Position numbers and translations under genes: made by a program. From positions 4,031 to 68,030 of the forward strand of contig JAPPBN010000046.1 of assembly GCA_026705025.1 (NCBI GenBank): DNA of 64,000 bases, given 5' to 3'. Below, piece by piece: positions 30,539-40,234 of the stretch (positions are counted from its first letter, which is position 1; every line of letters starts with the position of its first letter). A model generated the notes under the pieces. It was not told where the DNA came from, did not search any database, and saw nothing but the letters and a program-made list of their open reading frames with translations. This DNA is from Chloroflexota bacterium. Lineage in GTDB: Bacteria > Chloroflexota > Dehalococcoidia > Bin125.

Positions 30539-31935
30539 CCCCGACTCGAAACCCCCGGTTCTCGCCCAGCAGCCGCCTCGGCGCCGTTGCCAGACGCCGC
30601 CCGCGCGCCGTTGGCAAACTGGTGTTGCGGTTCGGTTCGAGCGATCAGGCTCGCAACCACGGGTCGCAGGAACCTGAGCGACGGACTTGGAATACGCGGA
30701 TTCGGCAGATAGTGAGCAATCGTGAAGAAGCCCATCGATGCAATCGCCGAGCCGATGAAGAGGATGAGCAGGATGTCGTAGGCGCCGGTTCGGTCGAAAA
30801 TCCAGCCGCCGATGTAGGGCGCGAGCACCTGACCAACTGTTTCGACCATGAACATCGTGCCCATGATCGCGCCGAAATGCGCCAATCCGAAGACGCGGGG
30901 CAGGATCAACGGCTCAAGCACTGGCCCGCCGGCGGAGCCGATCCACCAGCAGGCGATGAAGAGTCCGATACCGAGCCATGACGCATCGGTCAGCAGCAGT
31001 ATGCCGATGCCTACGCTCATGAAAACGGCGAGCACGACGGACGCAATCTCGATCGAAGGGATGCGTTCGGCGAGGTAGCCGAATGTTGGTCGAGAGATGA
31101 GCCCGCCCATTCCACCGGCGAGCAGGATGGTGGAGATCTGGGTGCGCGGGATACCGTAGGACTCCAACACTGGGGTGCCGTTGACCATCCAGCCGAACAT
31201 GCAGAAGAAGAAGGTTGCGAAGGCAAAAGCGATGATCCAGAAGTTGAATGTGCGCAGAGCCTGACGGACCGTCAGTCCTGCGACAGCCGCCGGCGCTGAG
31301 CGCGAGCCGGCACAGGGCGGCGGCCGCTCACCGTCGACCTCCAGGCCCTTGTCGCGCGGGTGGTTGCGGACTACGAAGAGGCCAATCGGGATGAAGACGA
31401 CCGCCAGCAGCACGGCGACGAATACGAACGACGCTTGCCAACTCACATCGTCGATGATGCGCTGCATGATCGGCACCATGATCACGCCCAGCGAGAATCC
31501 GGTCGCCATGATTCCAACAGCCCGCCCGCGCTTGCGCATGAACCAGCGCGAGATCAGCACCTGGAAGGGTATGTAGAACATGAACCCGCGAAAGAACGCG
31601 TTGATCGACTGATAGAGGTACCACTCGAACAGGGAGGACGTGGTGCTGAGCAGGAGATAGCTGGCGCAAGTCGCGACGGTACCCCAGATCACCGCCTGGC
31701 GAGCGCCGTAGCGGTCAATCAGCCGGCCAGCCAGCGGCGACACTAGACCACTCATGGCAAGCGAGGCGGAAAGGCCGCCCTGCAGCAGCGCCCGCGACCA
31801 GCCGAACTCGCGCTCCAGCGGATCAACATAGAAGCCCAGTGACCAGAACGACGTCCCGGCCGCCACCGCCATGCAGAGTACGGCTGCGGCCAGCAGGTAC
31901 CAGCCGTAGTAGGCGTTGCGGAGTTTAGTGATCAC
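30535..31935 (-). CDS. MFS transporter (OFA/MCT-like)
   Basis: YYGW, EFGWSR, GRLIDRYGAR, SRWF..KRGRAVG. Confidence 0.92.
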   Translation of the reverse strand: MITKLRNAYYGWYLLAAAVLCMAVAAGTSFWSLGFYVDPLEREFGWSRALLQGGLSASLAMSGLVSPLAGRLIDRYGARQAVIWGTVATCASYLLLSTTSSLFEWYLYQSINAFFRGFMFYIPFQVLISRWFMRKRGRAVGIMATGFSLGVIMVPIMQRIIDDVSWQASFVFVAVLLAVVFIPIGLFVVRNHPRDKGLEVDGERPPPCAGSRSAPAAVAGLTVRQALRTFNFWIIAFAFATFFFCMFGWMVNGTPVLESYGIPRTQISTILLAGGMGGLISRPTFGYLAERIPSIEIASVVLAVFMSVGIGILLLTDASWLGIGLFIACWWIGSAGGPVLEPLILPRVFGLAHFGAIMGTMFMVETVGQVLAPYIGGWIFDRTGAYDILLILFIGSAIASMGFFTIAHYLPNPRIPSPSLRFLRPVVASLIARTEPQHQFANGARAASGNGAEAAAGREPGVSSRG

Positions 31936-32102
31936 AGGGGTCTCTAGTGGCCCTTCGACTTACGAACTTGGGCAACTCGAAGTTCAATGGCCGCATCGTA
32001 TCGCGGCCTCGAGCAAGACGCGGACTACACCCAGACTTCTGGGGCCACCTGGCTAAGGGAAGTGGTCTTGGGACTCCTCTTCATGTTGGGAATTGCTAGC
32101 AG

Positions 32103-32135
32103 CCTTGGGACCACTCGAACAGAGTGGTCCCAAGG
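32103..32135 (-). terminator. Perfect 14-bp stem-loop just downstream of the 32147-32716 gene
   Basis: ccttgggaccactc-gaaca-gagtggtcccaagg; no U-tract. Confidence 0.6.
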
Positions 32136-32146
32136 ACGCCCAGCTA

Positions 32147-32716
32147 CTAGCAATCGGGCCAAAGTACTTGGCCAGGAGTGCTAGAGCTAGGCGCAATGCA
32201 AGAGTTGTCTGTTTGAGCGTCGTCGGGTTTGGAGTCGTAATGAGTATCTCCAGTGCCGACTCTGCCGTCTGGCAATCCATCCGGCATTTGAGGCTCGTTC
32301 CCACCGAGAACCTCGTGCACCCGATCCTCGACTTCGGTCGATGCGAACTCTGGGCCCGATTCTCGGTCGCTGATCACTCCGGCTGTGACGCTGATGTCTT
32401 CTGCCGCCCTCATCAGGCTGCAAGCTCCATGATCGCCTTGACAGGCGACTATGTCTCCGACGCGCTGTGAACCGGTTTCCACGACATGGTCGCGTAGCGG
32501 GTCTGGTTCTGGATCAGCAGGAGTTGGTGATTGCCCAACGTATTGGTTGATCGTTGTCTCGTCGAGAACGCAACGTTCCCAATTGCCAGGCGACTCTCCA
32601 CACTCTGGAGCGGCTGAAAGCGCGCTCGCCGCACCAAATGCGGCTGTAGCCATGATGACGATTGCAGCCAACCTCCCAAACCAGCGCAAAAGGCCTACTG
32701 GGGATTCCTGGTGCAT
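32147..32716 (-). CDS. Hypothetical secreted acidic protein with six Cys
   Basis: AGGAG RBS, signal peptide (..AAFGAASALSA), downstream hairpin. Confidence 0.6.
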   Translation of the reverse strand: MHQESPVGLLRWFGRLAAIVIMATAAFGAASALSAAPECGESPGNWERCVLDETTINQYVGQSPTPADPEPDPLRDHVVETGSQRVGDIVACQGDHGACSLMRAAEDISVTAGVISDRESGPEFASTEVEDRVHEVLGGNEPQMPDGLPDGRVGTGDTHYDSKPDDAQTDNSCIAPSSSTPGQVLWPDC

Positions 32717-33132
32717 GTCTGCTCCTGTCTCTCTGAGAGGCGGTCATGTTGCGCCTCGAAGAGAGAGTGAGAGCTAGCGGTGTAGAATGTCGCACACTAG
32801 TGCTCACATTCGCAGACAAGCGAACACATCTGGGCACAAGGTGTGCCATATCGTCCGTGTGCGAAGAGTGTTGAAAGGGGTGTTGATTGATGGTTCGCTC
32901 AGAGCACTTACACGTGCGACTCAGCGTCAACGATCGCGAGGCAGTTCGCCGCTTGGCAGCCATTGAAGATACGAGCGAGAGCCACTGGGTGCGAACGGCG
33001 ATTCGACAGCGGCTCCGCCGGGAGCTGGAAAAGCGAAAGAGGCCGAAGATCGAATCAAACTAGTCCCGCGACAACTCCGCACGACAGCGTTTCGGAGGTC
33101 CACCGATCCCTGTCACGGCATGTGGGTCGTGT

Positions 33133-33846
33133 TCAGCGCCCGGGTAACTCGATGGCCGCGGCAGCCTCGATCGTCTGACCCTCGACTGCAGCCACCGCAG
33201 TAATTGCGTTCGACGACCGGAGTTGAATCCAGGGATGTCGGCGCGAGCCACCGTCGTAGCTCAGCGTGCTCGAGCGCGACAGCCAGGCCTGACGGACGTC
33301 GTGTTCACAGGGAATCTCCGAGGCCGCTCCGCTGCCGTTGCTCGGCTGCACGACCAGCAACGGGTCGTACCTGACGATTGCCACCGCCGCCGCGTCGGTG
33401 GTCGGAGAGTGCAGTGTCACCGTCAGTCCGTCGCCGACGTCGAAGCTCGACGTGATCGCATCGTCGTCGCGCTGCACGTTGATCTCTCCGACGCTGGGCA
33501 GGTACCTCCAGTGCGCGGCGATCGCGTCGCGGGCTGCCACCGAGTTGACTACCGCGTCGACGACGTAGAGCGCCGGGATGATCCCAACTCGGCAGCCGAC
33601 CATCAGCAGCTCCTCGCGGTAGGGGCCGACCGGGCTGTCGCTGCGGTCGATCATGCTCACCCGACCGTAGGTCGGCGCCGAGCGGGTGACGATGTCTGGC
33701 AGGTTTCGCCGCGCGTTCGGCACGGGAATCTCGAAAGTGATGTGTTGGACCAACGCCTCGCCAATCTCCCAGGGAGGAGCGGGCGCATCGCTGGCGACAT
33801 CCACGGCGGGAAGGGCCGAACTGTCAATCAGACCGGACTCTGGCAT
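33133..33846 (-). CDS. Acetoacetate decarboxylase-like family protein
   Basis: LPDIVTRSAPTY...DSPVGPYRE pattern; AGGAAGG RBS. Confidence 0.7.
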   Translation of the reverse strand: MPESGLIDSSALPAVDVASDAPAPPWEIGEALVQHITFEIPVPNARRNLPDIVTRSAPTYGRVSMIDRSDSPVGPYREELLMVGCRVGIIPALYVVDAVVNSVAARDAIAAHWRYLPSVGEINVQRDDDAITSSFDVGDGLTVTLHSPTTDAAAVAIVRYDPLLVVQPSNGSGAASEIPCEHDVRQAWLSRSSTLSYDGGSRRHPWIQLRSSNAITAVAAVEGQTIEAAAAIELPGR

Positions 33847-33869
33847 GGTGCGTTCCTTCCTGCCGTGCG

Positions 33870-34730
33870 CTACATCGACGGCGTCTGGCAGAATCCCATG
33901 CCCCACGCGCCGGCGCCGAGCAGACCGCCGACTGTAGGTCCGAGTTCCGTCACATGAATCTCATCGACAGACAACCGCGCGGACGCTTTGTCGCGCAGCC
34001 GCTCGGCATTATCGGGTGCGAGCGCGTGAGTGACCACGAGGATGGCCGGCTGACCGCCCAGGATGTCTGCGGCGCGGTCGAGCAACAAGTCCTCGGCCTG
34101 TTCGGCGTCGTCCGCCAGTTCAACCGCCTTGATTCGGTCGCGAGCGCGGAAGACGGGGACGCCGAAGTCCAGGGAACCGATTCCGCTCTGCGACTGCACC
34201 GCCGACAGCTCGCCAGCCCGGTCGAGGCCGTCGACATCGGGCGCAAGCATGAAAATGTCGGCGCTGGCCGAGACGTCGTCGAGTGCGTGCTCTACTGCTG
34301 CTCGGTCGCCGCCGGCCTGTGAGACGCGTGCAACAGCGAGGGCGATCGCTGCCTGCCCCGCCGTTGAGCGTGGCGTCTGGTGAATTCGCACTTGCTGCTC
34401 ATGGAAGTGTTCGATGCGCCGCGACGCGTACTCCGCTGAGTCGAATGAGGGACTGGATGATCCGAACGCCTGGCACAGGCAGATCACACCTTCGTCGTGT
34501 CCTTCCGCCGCCTCCAGGAAGACGGACTCCCAGTCCTCGGAGGTCACCCCGTTCAGGGTCAGCCGCTCTCCCCGTCCGAGGGCGTCGTAGAACTCAGCGT
34601 GGGTCTGTTCACCCTGGCTGTGGTACGTCGCGCCCAGGCTGTAGCCGACCGGAGCGACGCGCAGGCCGCGTTCCTCCAGCAGCGCATCCGGCAGGTCGAC
34701 GGATGAGTCACAGACGATGCCGACCGACAT
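33870..34730 (-). CDS. DegV family fatty-acid-binding protein
   Basis: IVCDSSVDLP N-terminus; ELGPTVG..LG.GA C-terminus. Confidence 0.85.
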   Translation of the reverse strand: MSVGIVCDSSVDLPDALLEERGLRVAPVGYSLGATYHSQGEQTHAEFYDALGRGERLTLNGVTSEDWESVFLEAAEGHDEGVICLCQAFGSSSPSFDSAEYASRRIEHFHEQQVRIHQTPRSTAGQAAIALAVARVSQAGGDRAAVEHALDDVSASADIFMLAPDVDGLDRAGELSAVQSQSGIGSLDFGVPVFRARDRIKAVELADDAEQAEDLLLDRAADILGGQPAILVVTHALAPDNAERLRDKASARLSVDEIHVTELGPTVGGLLGAGAWGMGFCQTPSM

Positions 34731-34875
34731 GATGCCTCTCGCCTCTCGTCGGATAGCGGAGCGTCGCAGCGCGGTCAGAATGCTAGCATCTTCGCGCGTC
34801 GCCTATCCGTTCTGGATAGTGCGATCGGACCGTGGAATCGATCAATGATTCCACCCGGAGAGCAGCAGGTCAGCT

Positions 34876-36027
34876 ATGAAATTCGGCATCTTCTACGAGC
34901 ATTCCGTCCAGCGTCCCTGGACCGAGACCTCGGAATGGCGCGTCTATCACCAGGCGCTTGAACAGATCTGCCTCGCCGATGAACTCGGCTTCGACCAGGT
35001 CTGGGAGGTCGAGCACCATTTCCTCGAGGAGTACAGCCATTCGCCAGCGCCTGAGGTCTTCCTCTCTGCGGCTGCCACGATGACCGAGAACATCCACATC
35101 GGCCAGGGCATCGCGCTCTGCCTGCCCCAGGTCAATCACCCGGCCCGCGTCGCCGAGCGCGCCGCCGCGCTCGACATCATCTCCAACGGACGGCTCGAGT
35201 TCGGCACCGGCCGCGCCGCGACCTGGACCGAGCTGGGCGGCTTCCAGGTCGAGCCGGACGACACCAAGGACATGTGGGACGAGGTGATCCGCGCCATCCC
35301 GCACATGTGGACCAACGAGGTCGCCGGCTGGGACGGCAAGTACTTCTCGATGCCCGAGCGCGCCGTCCTGCCCAAGCCGGTCCAGCAACCGCACCCGCCC
35401 ATGTGGGTTGCCGTCTCCAGCCCCGAGACCGCGATCCAGGCGGCCGAGCGTGGCATGGGACTGCTCGGCGTCTCGATTGGCACGCCAGACCAGTACGAGC
35501 AGCGCATCGCGGACTACCGCCGTGTGATCCGCAACGCCGACCCGGTCGGCAAGTTCGTCAACAACCAGGTCAACGGCGTCGGCTGGATGTACTGCGGCGA
35601 CACCGACGAGGAAGCGCTCGCCCTGGGCGGCGCCGGCGCGGCCGCCTTCATGAGCGCCGCCGCCCATCTCGTCGGCGTCGGCAGCATCTACCCCTCACCC
35701 GCCTACAGCTCACAGGCCTCGGCGATCCAGCTTCGCAACCGGCCCGGCGACGTGATCAACCCGCTCCAGCAGGGCACGCCGATCGGCAATCCCGAGACCG
35801 TGATCGCCGCCTTGCGCCAATGGGAAGAGATCGGCGTTGACCGCATGGTCTTCCTGATCAACTTCGACCAGGTCGTGCCCCACGAGAAGATCCTCGCTTC
35901 GCTCAAACTCTTCGCTCGCGAGGTGATGCCCGCCTTCGAGGAGCCCGAGCGCCCGCCGCTGACCCGGCTGCCCGACTTCGACGCGGTCGAGGAGGTCGGC
36001 CTGCTCGCCGCTGCCGGCGGCGACTAG
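34876..36027 (+). CDS. LLM-class flavin-dependent oxidoreductase (luciferase-like)
   Basis: MKFGIFYE, VEHHFLEEYSHS, GRLEFGTGR, PKPVQQPHPP. Confidence 0.95.
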   Translation: MKFGIFYEHSVQRPWTETSEWRVYHQALEQICLADELGFDQVWEVEHHFLEEYSHSPAPEVFLSAAATMTENIHIGQGIALCLPQVNHPARVAERAAALDIISNGRLEFGTGRAATWTELGGFQVEPDDTKDMWDEVIRAIPHMWTNEVAGWDGKYFSMPERAVLPKPVQQPHPPMWVAVSSPETAIQAAERGMGLLGVSIGTPDQYEQRIADYRRVIRNADPVGKFVNNQVNGVGWMYCGDTDEEALALGGAGAAAFMSAAAHLVGVGSIYPSPAYSSQASAIQLRNRPGDVINPLQQGTPIGNPETVIAALRQWEEIGVDRMVFLINFDQVVPHEKILASLKLFAREVMPAFEEPERPPLTRLPDFDAVEEVGLLAAAGGD

Positions 36028-36245
36028 TGGTTCAGAAGTCCGCCCCACGGCGCTGACCGTGGTTCGAACGACCCGTTCGCGCAGCTCAGGGATGCTCAAA
36101 CGTAAACTGCGCGATTGATGGCGTCCTCGATCCCACCGCGTTGACTCTGGCGCGAGCCGGTCGCGTTTATATTCTGGTGCAGTCAGGGTTTGATAGTTCG
36201 TGCAGAATTTCACACGCATCCTTCCAGGTTGAGAGGCTCGCCACC

Positions 36246-36836
36246 ATGGCCGACTCAGTGTCCGAGGCACACCAGCAGATTGCCGTCCGCTATCCACGCT
36301 CCGCGTCGTTGCGAGACGGCCACCGGATATCGCTGCGGCTCATGGCGCCCGGCGATGAGGAACTGATCCTCAACTTCGCCCGCTCGCTGCCCGCCGACGA
36401 TCTGCTCTTCCTGCGCCGGGACATTACCCAGCAGTTCGCGGTCGACCGCTGGATGCAGGAGATCGTCGAACAGCGCACCTTCACGGTGTTGGGCTTCGAC
36501 GGCGACGAACTGCTGGGCGAAGGCGACCTCAACTACTCCTCCGCCGACTGGACGCGCCATCTCGGCGAGATCCGGCTGCTGCTCTCTCCGGCGGCGCGAG
36601 GCCGCGGCCTGGGACGCGTGCTGGCTGAGGAGATCTACGCGATCGCCCAGCTGCTCGAGCTGCAACTGCTGACCGCCCGCATGGTGCTGGACCAGGCGGC
36701 CGCGCAATCGGTCTTCCGGCGGCTCGGCTTCCAGCGCGAGGCCGTGCTCTGGGACTACGTGATCGACGCCGACGGCAAGACGCACGACCTGCTGATCGCG
36801 ACGCGGAGGATGAAGTCGCCGCGCTCCGGTTCCTAG
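36246..36836 (+). CDS. GNAT family N-acetyltransferase
   Basis: ARGRGLG acetyl-CoA motif; VFRRLGF. Confidence 0.9.
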   Translation: MADSVSEAHQQIAVRYPRSASLRDGHRISLRLMAPGDEELILNFARSLPADDLLFLRRDITQQFAVDRWMQEIVEQRTFTVLGFDGDELLGEGDLNYSSADWTRHLGEIRLLLSPAARGRGLGRVLAEEIYAIAQLLELQLLTARMVLDQAAAQSVFRRLGFQREAVLWDYVIDADGKTHDLLIATRRMKSPRSGS

Positions 36837-36851
36837 GTTTCCCGGCCGCCG

Positions 36852-38040
36852 TCAGTCGACCAGGCCGTGCAGCCGGTTGAAGTCGACGTGCTGATCCGCA
36901 TTCAACTCCCGGCCCGCCAATCCTGAGTAATCGGCTCCGTATCTCCAGGCGCGGAAGACCCAGTTGGCCAGGTCGCCGCGTTGCTTCATCTGGAACGGCG
37001 AGACCCACTCCCAGACGACTGTTCCCTGTGAGTCTACCTCGAACAGACGTCCTGCGGCGCCTTCGGTGACCAGATGATTGTCGTTGGGCAGTCTGGCGAC
37101 GCCGGAGATGTGGGCGGAGAAGAACTGTTCTCGCGGATCGCCCTGGAAGACGACGTCGAACTCGTCCGTTTCCGGGTCGATCGAGAGGATGCGGGAGTAG
37201 GCCAGGTCCTGCAAGCGGTGCATCCCGTTGTCGTAGACCAGTACGCGGCCGTCGTCCTGCCACGAGGCGTGGTGCTGATGGGAGATCTCGGGTTGGCCGA
37301 ATCGCCAGCGCAGCGTGCCGGGGCCGTCGCCCTCTGGTGGATCGACGATGCCGATCGTGCTGACGTTTCGGGCTGAGAAGAGCAGGCCGCCATCCGGGGT
37401 CTGTTCGATGCTGTTGACGTGGGTCCACTCCCAGGTGTTCTCAAGCGGACAGATGATGGCATCCTCGGGCTTGAGCACTTTCCAGAGGTTGATCCGGCTG
37501 ACTTCGGCGCCCTCGGCGTCGATTTCGATGATGTCGTCGCCCATCATGTTGGGCGGCATCGGTTGCTCGGGCTGACGTCCGCCGCCGATCACGGCCTCTT
37601 CGATGTCCTTGGTCATCTCGACCCACTCGAGGGTCACAGTGTGTCCGTTGTCGAGGCGGTGGAAGTCGTGGTGGATGCCCGGGTTGTCGTACTCCCAGAC
37701 GATGTTGCCGTCCCAGTCGAGCTCGCGCAGGCCGTTGCCGCGGCCGCCCAGCATGTTGAAGATTTCGGGCGGACCGCCGGGATCGACGGCAAAGCGGGAT
37801 TCGGTCCCGCTGGTTCGCGGCGCGGGCGGATGCTCGGGCGCGACCAATGCCAGCAGGTTGCCGTTGGGCAACAGCTCGACAGTGAAGAAGCGCCGGTCGT
37901 CGATGTGCCAGCGGTGGACGACGCGGCCCTGCATGTCGATCAGTACCGCGTCGTTGGAGTTGGTGCCGCAGGTAGCCCTTGGATGAACGGGCCGGATTGT
38001 GATGAGTCAGTCCTGTCGGGCGATGGATTGGCCAACCCAT
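36852..38040 (-). pseudogene. Aryl-sulfate sulfotransferase family gene, frameshifted near 37971
   Basis: AGGAGG RBS then MGWPIHRPTGLTHHNPARSSKGY in one frame; ...DAVLIDMQGRVVHRW and the propeller (HHD, WTHVN, HQH, DNG) continue in another frame. Confidence 0.75.
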
Positions 38041-38044
38041 GTTC

Positions 38045-39154
38045 TCAGGCCTCCTCTGCGTGCATGGTGTTTCCGGCCTCAATGAGCGGCAGCACCTCAT
38101 GAGCAATCCGCTCCGCCTCTTCCAGATGTGGGTAGGCAGAGAGGATGAATTCGTCGAAGCCCATCCGCCGGTAGGCGCTCAGTTCGTCGGCGGCCTGTTG
38201 TGGCGTGCCGACGATCGCCGTGCCGAGGTTGACGCGGACGCGGGAGATTCCGTTCCAGAGCCGCTCGCCGAGGCGGTCGTCATCGACCCGTCGGGCCTGT
38301 GCCGCCGCGCCGACCATCGCCGTTGACTTGACCGCCGCCGCACGTTGAGCGAGAACGTCGGGATGCGCTTCGGAGAGCAATTCTGACGCCGCAGCCCAGG
38401 CTTCGGCTTCGGTCTCTCGCACGACGAGGTGGGTGCGCAGTCCGAACCGAGGCCGTCGCCCGGCGCGCGCGTATGCGTCGCGGGCCCGATCGAGCAGGGC
38501 GGCCATCGCATCCTCGGGCTGAATCCAGCAGAGCAGGACATCGCCGCGCTCGGCGGCGAGGCGCAGTGCGGCGTCCGAGGCGCCGCCGAGGTACCACTCG
38601 GGGGCCGGTGGCGACGGGGTTGGCGCGACGATCGCGCCATTGAGCTGGATCGATTGGCCGCCGAAGTCGAGCGGGCCGCCGGTTGCCCAGAGTTGGGCGC
38701 AGGCATCGATGAATTCGTCGGCTTGCGCATAGCGGTCGGCGTGGGAGCCGCCGATGCCGAGGCGCTCATTGTCGCCCTGGATCCCGCCGGGCACGATGTT
38801 GATATCGATCCGGCCGCCCGAGATTTCGTGCAGCGTCGCCGCCTGCTGGGCGAAGAGTCCAACCGGCGTGATGCCGGGACGGACGGCGATCAGCAGCCGG
38901 ATGCGCGATGAGACGGCGCAGAGGGCGGAGGCGGTGGTCCAGGTCTCGGCGAGCGGGGCGGCATGTTCGAAGGAGCCGTTGGCGAAGCGGGTCGGGATCA
39001 GCAGCGAGTGGTAGCCGAGCCGCTCGGCGTTGAGCACGACGTCCCGGAGGTAGGTGAAGGTCGGCTCGCGCTGCGCGCGAAGTGAGCCGATCCGGTCGCC
39101 GTCTCCGTCAATCGGGACGAACCAGCTGAACTTCGGCGGCGGGCGCTCGCTCAT
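38045..39154 (-). CDS. LLM-class monooxygenase, alkanesulfonate monooxygenase (SsuD)-like
   Basis: WFVPIDGD, LLIPT, LIAVRPG, YLGGAS, FILSAYPHLEEA. Confidence 0.88.
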   Translation of the reverse strand: MSERPPPKFSWFVPIDGDGDRIGSLRAQREPTFTYLRDVVLNAERLGYHSLLIPTRFANGSFEHAAPLAETWTTASALCAVSSRIRLLIAVRPGITPVGLFAQQAATLHEISGGRIDINIVPGGIQGDNERLGIGGSHADRYAQADEFIDACAQLWATGGPLDFGGQSIQLNGAIVAPTPSPPAPEWYLGGASDAALRLAAERGDVLLCWIQPEDAMAALLDRARDAYARAGRRPRFGLRTHLVVRETEAEAWAAASELLSEAHPDVLAQRAAAVKSTAMVGAAAQARRVDDDRLGERLWNGISRVRVNLGTAIVGTPQQAADELSAYRRMGFDEFILSAYPHLEEAERIAHEVLPLIEAGNTMHAEEA

Positions 39155-39163
39155 GGCCCAAGT

Positions 39164-40042
39164 CTATGCATCGAGGAAGTCGTTGACCTCCTGGAGGAAG
39201 CAATCGAGCTGGTCGTGGTGGACCCAGTGACCGGCCTCGGCGATACCGACCCTCCTGGCCTGGGGGAAGGAGTTGGTCCGCTCATCATCGTTGGGGTCGC
39301 CCTGCGACTCGAGACCGGCGATCAGGAGGGTGGGCATTCGTACGCGGCCCCAGATTTCCTCGGCGTCGGTCTCGTTGAACGGATACGGCGACGACGAGCG
39401 GGCGTAGTTGTCGAACTTCCAGATGAAGGTGCCGTCCTCGTTCTGGTGGACGGCGTGGGTGGTCAGGTGCAGCGCCTGTTCGTCCGAGAGCCGCGGGTTG
39501 GCCTCCTGCATTCGCTCGACCGCGTCCTCCAGCGTCGGATAGCGGCGCGGCAGGCGTCCGGCGAAGCGGTGGGTGTCCGAGATCCACTCGGACATGCGCT
39601 GGTGCGCGGGGACGGCCGAGTGGGAGTCGGTGACGCGGCGCGAGGGGCTGAGGCCTTCGATCGCGATCAGCTTCGCCACCCGTTCGGGATAGATGCCGGC
39701 GTACTCGAGGCAGATGCGTCCGCCGAGCGAGTGCCCGAGCAGGGTGACCGGAGCCAGGTGCTTCTGTCGCACCAGCTGGGCCAGGTCGTAGACGTAGTCG
39801 ATCATCGAGTAGCCGGATCCATTCACCCACTCGGAGTCGCCGTGGCCGCGCAGGTCGGGAGCGATGACGTGGTAGCGGTCCTTGAGCGCCAGCGCGACCC
39901 AATCCCAGGAGCGGCAATGGTCGCGGCCGCCATGGACAAGGATCAGCGGCGGCGCGGTCGGATTGCCCCAGTCGACGTAATGCAGTCGGAGGCGCTGGGA
40001 GAAATAGATCTGTGATGCCGGGTAGTCGGTGAGTTGGGTCAT
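39164..40042 (-). CDS. Alpha/beta hydrolase
   Basis: HGGRDH, DLRGHGDS, GHSLGG nucleophile, AGHWVHHD. Confidence 0.95.
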   Translation of the reverse strand: MTQLTDYPASQIYFSQRLRLHYVDWGNPTAPPLILVHGGRDHCRSWDWVALALKDRYHVIAPDLRGHGDSEWVNGSGYSMIDYVYDLAQLVRQKHLAPVTLLGHSLGGRICLEYAGIYPERVAKLIAIEGLSPSRRVTDSHSAVPAHQRMSEWISDTHRFAGRLPRRYPTLEDAVERMQEANPRLSDEQALHLTTHAVHQNEDGTFIWKFDNYARSSSPYPFNETDAEEIWGRVRMPTLLIAGLESQGDPNDDERTNSFPQARRVGIAEAGHWVHHDQLDCFLQEVNDFLDA

Positions 40043-40150
40043 GGGAGGATCGTAAAGGGTGGGTTGGTAACGGAGCGTCGGGGAGGGCACGGGGAAGCCG
40101 GCAGCGGTGGGAGTGTTGCCAGTCGGCCGCTTTGGTGTTGATGGCGGGCG

Positions 40151-40210
40151 GCCCTCACCCCAACCCCCCGCATCAAGTGCGGGGCAGGCTTCTCCCTCAG
40201 TGAGAGGGGG
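40151..40210 (+). repeat. REP-like repeat interrupted by a second hairpin (ccccgcatcaagtgcgggg)
   Basis: Same arms as 41022-41056 with a 24-nt insert matching 41107-41127. Confidence 0.75.
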
Positions 40211-40234
40211 CCAGAAGGGGGGGGCGGAGGGAGG

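Noticed and set aside
36066-36078. LexA-like GAAC...GTTC upstream of the GNAT gene
   Set aside because: The spacer is 5 nt rather than 4 and it is not positioned at a recognisable promoter
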